Program-made: the position numbers and the translations under genes
Shown here: positions 50,501-64,000 of the stretch, piece after piece
How positions within the stretch are numbered: the first letter of the stretch is position 1
How the letters are laid out: the number at the start of each line of letters is the position of its first letter
DNA from: Dysidea avara
Lineage: Eukaryota
Reading direction: 5' to 3'
Assembly: GCF_963678975.1 (NCBI RefSeq)
Contig: NC_089285.1
Location: forward strand, 12,087,725 to 12,151,724
Length of the DNA stretch: 64,000 nucleotides
The notes under the pieces: generated by a model
What the model saw: only the letters and a program-made list of their open reading frames with translations
Databases searched by the model: none
Told to the model about the DNA's origin: nothing

Positions 50501-53500
50501 CATGATGTACAATAAAAAAAAAATACACCTCCACTTGAACTACTCTAATTGCAGTCATTTTCAAGTGTCTACTGTAATTCAGTACCATGATACAGTATTA
50601 ATGCAAACATTGTTATATAATTGAAGAGGTACAATGATTTTTGCAAATTCAAGCTGTAACTATGTCCCTGGATCACATGAGTGTTGCACTTCCTCTGCAT
50701 CCCAGAGGTAGGCGTTTTATTTCAAAACATTTCCCCACAAAACAAATTACACAGCACATGTCATATAGATGTATTACCAACTCTGATGCTAGCCTAACTC
50801 GTGTGTTGTTTTTCACTTTAGGGGTATCACAATGGATGTTGGTGTACACATGTTCACTACAGACACAAAGAATATAACTTTACTGGATGCTCCCGGCCAC
50901 AAGGACTTTATCCCTAACATGATCAGTGGAGCAGCTCAGGTAATAGCTTAATGCTGGGGTGTATTGTAAATTTAGTGTCGTGGTACATGTTGGTATTTTC
51001 ATATGGTTGACGAAATCCTGTGTAACAAAAACACTATCATATTTTACTATTAGTACATTCACCAGGAATAGGTTGATGTGGGTACAAATCAGGACCAGCA
51101 CCAGCACCACATCTGTTGGTTTCTGCCAAGATTCCTACTAGCATTGCGTGTTCTTTTAGAATATTTGTATTCCATTCCTAATGTTGTGATGATGTGTTGT
51201 TCTCACTACTTTAGGCAGATGTAGCAATTCTAGTGGTTGATGCCACTACTGGAGAGTTTGAAGCTGGCTTTGAGGCTGGTGGACAAACAAGGGAACATGC
51301 AATTCTAGTTCGATCATTAGGTGTACGGCAAATAATTGTTGCAGTAAATAAGATGGATATGGTAAGTATAGTGTGTGCAAGTAAAATATTTAAGCTAAGC
51401 AAACCTATAGCTACATTATTATAAGGCTAGTATTGTTGTTGTTGTACCCATGGAGGTGGTAAAGGAATATCACATGCTGTATTTCCTCGTATAAAAGCCG
51501 CATTCAATTAAATGCCTGTCTCGATTATAAGCCGGGGAGTTTCCAGCACCTTTGGAAAATAGACGCCTGGTTTCAAATAGAGGCCCGGGCTATTACTTGA
51601 GTCTACTGTTAATGGCTTTAATTGCTTCCTTTGTTGTTGCTACTGCTGCTTCTTCATACTTAAGTTTAGACCCTTCTGAGGGATGAAGGTATTACAAGTA
51701 ATCACGTGAGTAGTCCAGGTGAGTCTGCGTCATGCGAATGTGTACGATACAACAATTTTCCAATCATTTTAATCCTTGACTACACTTCTTTATATAGTCA
51801 ACACATGTATCTATGCTTACCAATCCCGTCGTACCACCACCCAAATTCGATTAAACACCCAGCATCGGTTGGACTAATCCAAAATAAACACCCTGCCGCA
51901 AAAAAGGCCCGGGCTTTTATATGAGGAAATACAGTAATATACTATGAGGAGAATTTATGATGGAAGTCGATCCAGTTTTCAGCATTCCCACTTTAATTCC
52001 CGTAATGGGAATCATGAATATTTTCCTAAAGTAACTCAGGTACATGATGGCCCCAGGTACATGATGGCCCCAGGTATATATTATAGTGCATTTAATGATG
52101 TGTACTAATTTGTTGTATGTAGGTTGATTATTCTGAAACAAGATTCAATGAAATTTTTCAGAAATTGAGGACATTTTTAAAACAAATAGGATTCAAGGTA
52201 TATATGAAGATTATAATCATGTAGTCTTTGTGATTAGCCGACATCCTTGGTGTTGTTGACCTACAGACCTTTAGTATACCACTGCAATTATTGTATCTAC
52301 AGCCATGTTATATTACAAAATCAATACCTATGATACCAAATCTTGGAGTAGAGTATTGCCACTTGGTATCACGATACCAGGTAGTATCGATAGTATTGCA
52401 CAACTGCAATTATAGTATGATTGCTAAATTTCAGTGTGTGCATGTGTGAGACAGCATAGCCAAGTAGTTAGAGAACTGGCATGAAGGTCCCAGGTTCAAT
52501 GCTTGGTTATTTCCAGTTGCTTTTGTTGTTGTTTTCTTGAGCAAGAACTTTACACACATTATTCCAGTTTACCCAAATTTCAATGAGAATCTGGTGACCT
52601 GGTGTCAACTGGGGAAGCAACCCACCCAGCTATAGCAGTACCTGGTTTTAACTGGGAAGCAAATACTAACTGTCCATGTCTCACATAATGGATGAAGGTT
52701 CACATTCACCTGTGAAACATGGTACAGTTGCTAGCCCTGGATTAGCCTGTGTGGACTCACAACACCTGAGTAGCATACAGGTGTCCCAAGGTTGGTCCAC
52801 TGGGTAAGCATGACCATACTTGCTTTAAGGCCTTTTGTGTGTGCATGCGTGCGCGTGTATGTGTAGTAGAGAAGTGGAACAGACATTCACTCGATCTATA
52901 ACTTCCACGTAAATATGCTGTGATGTCCACCACATATTGTTATAATATTGTCTATCCTATAGGATAGTGATGTAAGATATCTACCATGCAGTGGTTATAC
53001 TGGAGAAAATTTATTAGAAAATCCATCACATCCAGAACTTATCAAGTGGTGCAATGGTCCTCCTTTAATGAAACTAATAGGTAATGTATATAGCTGAGAA
53101 ATTAACATAGTAATTACTCTATCACTTGAGGTGCTCTAGCATGTAGCACAATGACATAATCACAACAATTATACAAAGCTTTCCATTGCTATAGTTTTGT
53201 GTATCAAAATTGCCATCAGGTGTAATCTGAAAGTATCGATCCCAGTCCCCTCTAGCTGCATGTATGTAAAATCTAAGATATAAATAGTTGTAATCTTTGC
53301 TGAATGGTCTTCAGTTCTAAGATCCTGTACAACAGCACATGTTGCATGTATTACTTGCTAAAGCCAATAAATCTCTAGGATTGTAAATGATCCAAATGAT
53401 AACTGCCATACTTCTGTATTGCTTTTTTATGAGTTTGAAGTCAGATTGTGATATTTAGCCAATGGCTTTTTACCTATGTGCACTGTATAATGTGTACAGC

Positions 53501-55181
53501 GTATGTATATTGTATGTTAATCAACATTATGAACAGTGTAATTTGCCTTTTATTTAGATACGTTTGATACTCCTACTAGACCGATAGAGAAGCCATTTAG
53601 ATGCTCCGTGGCGGACATATTTAAAGGTGAATTGACTATAACATGTATAGCTGCCAATATATTGGACTAATTGTAGAAGTATATAGGTAACTACTTACCA
53701 TTCAGTAAACGGCTGTTGGTATACAAGTTGCCATGTTCACTGTCTGTAAATCATGTATACCAATAACCATTAAATGTTTTGTGTAACCAGTGTGTGCACT
53801 GTGCGTAATCATAGACAGCAAGACACGTTGAAGTACTATCTCCCCACTGTGGGCTTGATATATGCACTAAAAACAGAAGGCACAAGTATAACCAATAGTC
53901 TGTTTCACTGCATGGGCACAATAAGTGTGAAGTCTCAAATCATCATATTGTACACGTACAGGTCAAGGAGCAGGTTTCAGTGTGTCAGGTAGAATAGAGT
54001 CGGGTAGTCTACAACAAGGAGACAATTTGTTAGTGTTACCAGCCAACGAGTACGCTACTGTCAGAGGTGGGTCACTGTTGGTGTGTAGACTAAAAGCTCT
54101 TCACTATATCACAGGTTTGATGATAAACGAGGATACGGTTCCATGGGCAGTGGCTGGAGACCACATTGTTATTACACTGCAGGGAATAGACATTACAAAG
54201 ATGAAGTATGTATGTATTACAATGTAATATGTGAGGTGTGTGTGTGTGTTGTACTGTAGTGTTGGGAGTGTGTTGAGTGAAGTGGAGAAGCCAGCTAGAG
54301 TGTGTACTATAATACAAGCACGTGTGCTTGTGTTTGATATTGAGTTTCCTATTACTCAAGGATACCCAGTAAGTGATGTCTACACACTACAGTATATTAC
54401 AACATACTTGTGCACGCATACATAGGGTAGTTACATGCACGATACACACAATAAAAGTTTCTTTCCACTTCCCAAGGTACTGTTCCATCACCAGTCAATA
54501 GTAGAGCCAGCCACTGTACACAAGTTAGTCAGCCAGTTACACAGGAGCACTGGAGAAGTGGTTAAGAAGAAACCAAGGTGACCATTAATGTCAGCTTCAC
54601 TCCGTAACTGGTGGTCACTTAGTCATAGTACTTTAAGGATGTAGTGGGTTACTTCTGAGGGAAAAGATCAGTGTGTTTACACTTGTGCTATGTTGTACTC
54701 AAGAATTTTCCTAAGTGTTTTCACCCGCTATTAGTTCCGTATGCACATTACTAATTTCATGCCCTCCCTGATATGCACAACTGGTAATTGTGACACCATG
54801 TTTTGTCAATGATGTGTTTCTTAGGGCTGTGAAATCTGTGTAAGTATAACTAGTAATAAAACCTGTTTTATCCAATGTGTTTGTGAGTCCCTTTCCCAAC
54901 CAAACTTGATATCTACAATGTGCAGTTTACATGTTCACTAATAATAAATTTGTGGTAGTGGCCATTCTTTGATATGTAACAGTATCCTTACCCCACTGTC
55001 TGCATTCAGAATTGTTTACCACAGGTGTATAGTGAAGAACTCTACAGCCTTGATACAACTGGAAGTGTCTAGGCCAATATGTGTGGAGACATATGAAGAC
55101 TGCAAGGGATTAGGACGATTTATGTTACGTTATAGTGGCAACACCATAGCAACTGGAATAATCACTAAGGTAAATCACTAA
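41540..55181 (+). CDS. HBS1L: HBS1-like protein (eRF3/eEF1A-family GTPase of no-go/non-stop decay), about 21 exons
   Basis: N-terminus [14 protein letters not shown]|[21 protein letters not shown]|AQFIFNREN...|[44 protein letters not shown] matches human HBS1L ([48 protein letters not shown]...UBA-like). GTPase and domains II/III: [131 protein letters not shown]...[38 protein letters not shown]...[15 protein letters not shown]. Exons: 41540-41582, 41716-41778, 42906-43070, 43678-43809, 47120-47149, (alternative 47944-49007), 49627-49747, 49861-49975, 50027-50099, 50161-50242, 50298-50381, 50822-50939, 51215-51361, 52123-52197, 52963-53080, 53558-53626, 53962-54066, 54115-54205, 54260-54368, 54477-54577, 55025-55181 (stop TAA; an alternative GTAAAT donor exists at 55170). 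Phases are consistent throughout. Confidence 0.9.
41824..42236. mobile_element. Mutator-like MITE in HBS1L intron 2: about 47-bp TIRs (AGTCTCGCGGCGCCYGACCCTAAAAAGAGGGTCTGGTGAAACTGTG) and a 9-bp target-site duplication CACTACATT
   Basis: Left TIR 41824-41870, right TIR (reverse complement) 42190-42236. CACTACATT directly precedes the left TIR (41815-41823) and follows the right TIR (42237-42245). Confidence 0.75.
45840..46400 (+). pseudogene. PIF/Harbinger (DDE_Tnp_4) transposase relic with frameshifts, in HBS1L intron 4
   Basis: + strand frames give ...[20 protein letters not shown].. (the GWPGSxHD-like motif) followed in another frame by ..[17 protein letters not shown] (LLGDSGYPL-like). 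The - strand ORFs at 46382-46978 may be a second, Myb-like ORF or noise. Confidence 0.5.
47944..49007 (+). CDS. HBS1L: Large alternative exon of HBS1L encoding a SKI7-like, serine-rich, low-complexity region that ends in a PSPDD motif and an in-frame stop
   Basis: The acceptor CAG|AC at 47943/47944 is in phase with exon 5 (47120-47149). A 354-codon open frame in 38% GC DNA ends ...[34 protein letters not shown] (TAG at 49005-49007) with no in-phase strong donor before the stop. It carries a 5x repeated peptide motif (SLSQLASLH / SLADLASAH / SLSELANLH / SLSQLASLG / LAALATAHF). The exon length is a multiple of 3 (phase 1-1), and exon 5 can also join directly to exon 7 (49627). Confidence 0.75.
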
Positions 55182-55365
55182 TTTTGTCAACGTTGTGTTG
55201 CATGACATACTTTTCAGATTGTCAGATGACCACAACTGAATTCCACTCAATGAAAATGCATTTAATAATTCATAGAACACACCAATAATTATTGTACAGC
55301 ATAAAAAACCAGCATGACTAACTGATATTTTTAACTCTCGTATGATATAAATACAACACACACAG

Positions 55366-60483
<5,118 letters not shown>

Positions 60484-60648
60484 CTGTGTATGACATAGAT
60501 ATTGTTACTTTTATGATTAAAGTACTTGGTAAAGGCAAAGCCTGTATGCCAGTAACGTATTAGCGTCCACAACTACCGATCACTATACACATAGCATCAT
60601 GAAATGTAATATGTCCAATACAGGATACATTAAAAATAAGAAATTTCT

Positions 60649-60891
60649 ACATATGTGACCGGATTTGCAGGCTCCCACACACATCCAGATTTACAACTTC
60701 AAAGAACCATAACTCAATGTAGGAATATGCTACCACTTTCAAATTTTGACCTGTTATTGCACAATACAATGAGAGAATTGTTTGAAAATTATAGGTCAAT
60801 AGCATGTTGACTAGACAGGTTACAAGCAGTTAAAGTTGAATAATTGGATGTGTGTGGAAGCGTGGCTGTTGTCAAATCCGGTCACATATGT
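60649..60891. mobile_element. MITE with about 40-bp TIRs (ACATATGTGACCGGATTTG...CCACACACATCC) in a GFPT 5' intron
   Basis: 60649-60686 is the reverse complement of 60846-60891. Confidence 0.6.
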
Positions 60892-63467
60892 GGTGAAAAT
60901 CGTTGTATGCTTCAGTCTACAGATACTTGATTCATGTACAGTATACACATGTATGCAAATCATCAACTACATTTTTGCACAATTTCTCCAGAGCAAAAAG
61001 GTAAGTTTCACGCATACAGTACAATCAAGACCTAGTTAACCATGAAAAGAATTCACAATTACACCTAGTTCATAAAGACTTATAGCTCATATTCTACAAA
61101 CAGAACTAGTACAACTACAGGTTGTGGTGAAACCATAAAACCAGAAACCTGATATGATATCAGGACAGTTAATACATTGCAATCCACAGCTGCATTCAGT
61201 TATGTACAGTAAGTGCCATCATAAATTTTAACACCATTCCTTTTAGGCTCAAACAAAACTGCTTAGGAGGTCTGTTAGCTTACCACACACATGCACGCAT
61301 ACACACACTCTTCACTACAAGTGACCAGCAACATTAGCATGTAACATATCCTGTAATGTGTTCTCATACTATTGCCAACCGATTAGCATAATGTCAATGT
61401 GTACACTGACATGCAAATCAATAATTTCTATACAAGTATACAAATTTTCAACTAGAGTAGGGACCATAGCACATCGATAAAAAGTAATGCATGACATTTA
61501 ATCACAGCAAAACAATCAGAAGTGCTATATCCCTACTGTGCTCAAGATACCATGCGCAGTAGGGATATAACACTTTTTATTGTTTTACTGTGATTTAATA
61601 CTACTCCAGCTTGTTTCAGTACTTTTATCAATGTGCTATGCTACTCTAGTTGAAAATTCCAAATTAATTTTTTTTGTGTGTGTGTACTTATTTGTTAACT
61701 TTTTTTTGTAAGTGACTGGTGAACCCACGCAAACAGAAAGTAATGGCACCACATGCCCCAGTTATCAATAATCATCTGAAAAGTGAAGCATCCATTACGC
61801 TTCGTTGTCAGTTACGTTCAACCGGTTACACAGCATTACGAATCAAGAACTATTCGAAAAGTACTTGCAGCCACTTCCGTTGCGAAGGGAAGCCATCACG
61901 TTCTACAGCCAAATCGACACTTTTCGCTGCCAGCAAAGATGAATGGGACACAAAGGAGGACACTGGTAAGTCCATGAAGAATGAATTGTATGTACTGCGG
62001 TATGCCAAAAGGTACCTGTCGGCCGAAGCAATGTCAAACAATGAAAAATCAAGCCCGTAGCCTTAGCCATTATCGAGTTACACTTGTCTGAAAGAATCAG
62101 TTAGTCAGTCACTCAGTCACTAGAAAATTCCGTTTAATAATTTTTTTTTATAAAAAAAATTCGTAGCAACTTGTTGAAAGTGTTTTGAGTCGATCTGAAG
62201 GCTTGTTTGGGTTTAGTTTTACCTAACCAATACTGCTTCATCGTAATCAGGAAAAAGAGAGACTGGTTTTGGATGATTTTTTTCATGGGCCACGCCCACT
62301 CCTGGTCCCTACAATACAGCACGATAGTACTGTATGATAGTAGGAGAGTAGACTAGATTCATGTACAGATCAAAGAACATGATTACTTATGGTGCACTTC
62401 ATCATTTGACATGACCAATGGATTGAAATTAAAGAATGTCCACTACAAAGCAACAGGTGTGGGCGACCTCCCTTGTTTCATTTCTATGACCTACTTGAAT
62501 TTAAAATTCGTAGTACTTGTTTTTGTAACATAATTGTGACTGGTATATTCGTACATACCACATCAAAGGACTATTATAAAGCACATCTGAATGTGTGTCC
62601 CAGCTATTAATTATTGAAAACAAAGTGGCCATTCTGCTTCATTTTCAGTTATGTTCCATGTAAGTACCTGTTACACAGCACAATAAATGAAATACAAGAA
62701 ATACCAATCCAGTCACCACCGAAAATACAGACGATTTCATTACAAATGTGATAGTCAGCACAAGGAAGCTACAGACGATACCGCAATCACAAAATCTGTC
62801 TAACACACTCCCAACAAGTTTCTATGGAGTTTTAATTTTTCCACTAACCCACTAATACATAGCTCGACTGTGGATAATGCTAGAGGCTTGATTTCTTCAC
62901 TGTTTTCCATCACTTCAGCCTGAGGCAAGCCTTTTTGTCTACCGCAGCAGCTACAATGGATGCATTATGGAGTCTGTGTCCCATTTCTCTCTCCACTATC
63001 ACGTAGGTGTTGATTTATGGGTATGTATAATAGCTTTGATATCTCCAATGATGTTTCTTGGTGTTGCAATTACATTTGTTGATGTCACAAAACAAAATGG
63101 CTACCCAAGTGTGGGGACTTTGTACGAGAAAGTATTAGGTGAGGCAATGTTTTGCTTTAATAAATCAAACAAGGACAAAGGTAAGGTGTATATAATATTA
63201 CTACATTGCAATACATTAGTGCATGCATTGAATAAATTGGTTTGCTTTCATCTGATTAGCCCATTTTGCATTGGCAAAATACGTCTACTGCCTCCTACAG
63301 GTGTATGTCCTAGTTCCATCTGTAAAAAAGCTATTAATCAGACACAACCAAACCCAAAAATGTCTTCATGCCTGAAAACTGGCCGTCTTAGTGTGAGACT
63401 TTGTCACAAAATGAATACTGTTGAAAGTGAAGCTGGTTTTGGGTTGGCAGGAACCTTCATCACCTCT

Positions 63468-63523
63468 ACTATACAGTATACTATACAGTATACTATATAG
63501 TATACTATACAGTATACTATTGA
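63468..63523. repeat. Tandem repeat (TATACTATACAG)n, about 4.5 copies
   Basis: Directly visible. Confidence 0.85.
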
Positions 63524-64000
63524 TAGAATAATGAAATGTATGCAACTGTAACTATAATCATGGGCATACAGCTACTTAGGATGTTAAAATCTCATTCCTC
63601 ACTGAACATTGTAAGATGATACTGTATATCTGTTAGCACTTCTCTAGAGTGCTTTGGGGGGTTTCATCTGCAACTGCTAGTTTAAACAACACTATCAAGT
63701 GAGCTACCATTGGTTTTGTAGACCAGGTAATAAAAACATCACTATGTAATTCACATATTAAACTGTGGTTATGAGCTAAAATAACAATGAAAACCATTCA
63801 AAGGTCCATAGTAACCAATGTAAACACACTAACAGAAGTTGGTTAGTAGTAAATAACTAGCAGCTAGGTGCATGTCCAGTGAATCACTTGAAGCTGCAAT
63901 CACCAAGGACAAATTTCACTTCAACATTACTGTACAGTTTACATATTACACATATCACCTCAAGGTCCCTGCTTTTTCATCACTAGCAGGTTGTGCCACA

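Overview
This is eukaryotic (metazoan) DNA, not prokaryotic. It is AT-rich (about 38% GC) and gene-dense, with compact intron-containing genes, satellites and many DNA-transposon relics. Five protein-coding genes can be reconstructed by homology and splice-site reading: major vault protein (MVP, + strand, 13 exons, 29741-34397); an XBP1-like bZIP gene (- strand, 34687-35721) carrying a 23-nt IRE1-type unconventional intron with twin CNG|CNGN hairpins; phosphoserine phosphatase (PSPH, - strand, 6 exons incl. a 38-nt micro-exon, 35975-41264); HBS1-like translational GTPase (HBS1L, + strand, about 21 exons, 41540-55181) including a large SKI7-like alternative exon (47944-49007) ending in a PSPDD motif; and glutamine:fructose-6-phosphate aminotransferase (GFPT/GFAT, - strand, at least 22 exons, 55366 to beyond 60483). 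PSPH and HBS1L are transcribed head-to-head from a roughly 275-bp shared promoter that contains a perfect 18-bp-arm palindrome. MVP has a divergent unknown first exon 173 bp upstream. The non-genic part holds a 31-bp satellite with an embedded foldback element, a complete hAT transposon with 8-bp TSD, several MITE families, a Harbinger transposase relic, a (TACA)n minisatellite, and a 20-bp motif (ACTCTAATAGAGCAGTCAC) dispersed more than 30 times. All coordinates come from manual reading and may be off by a few bp.
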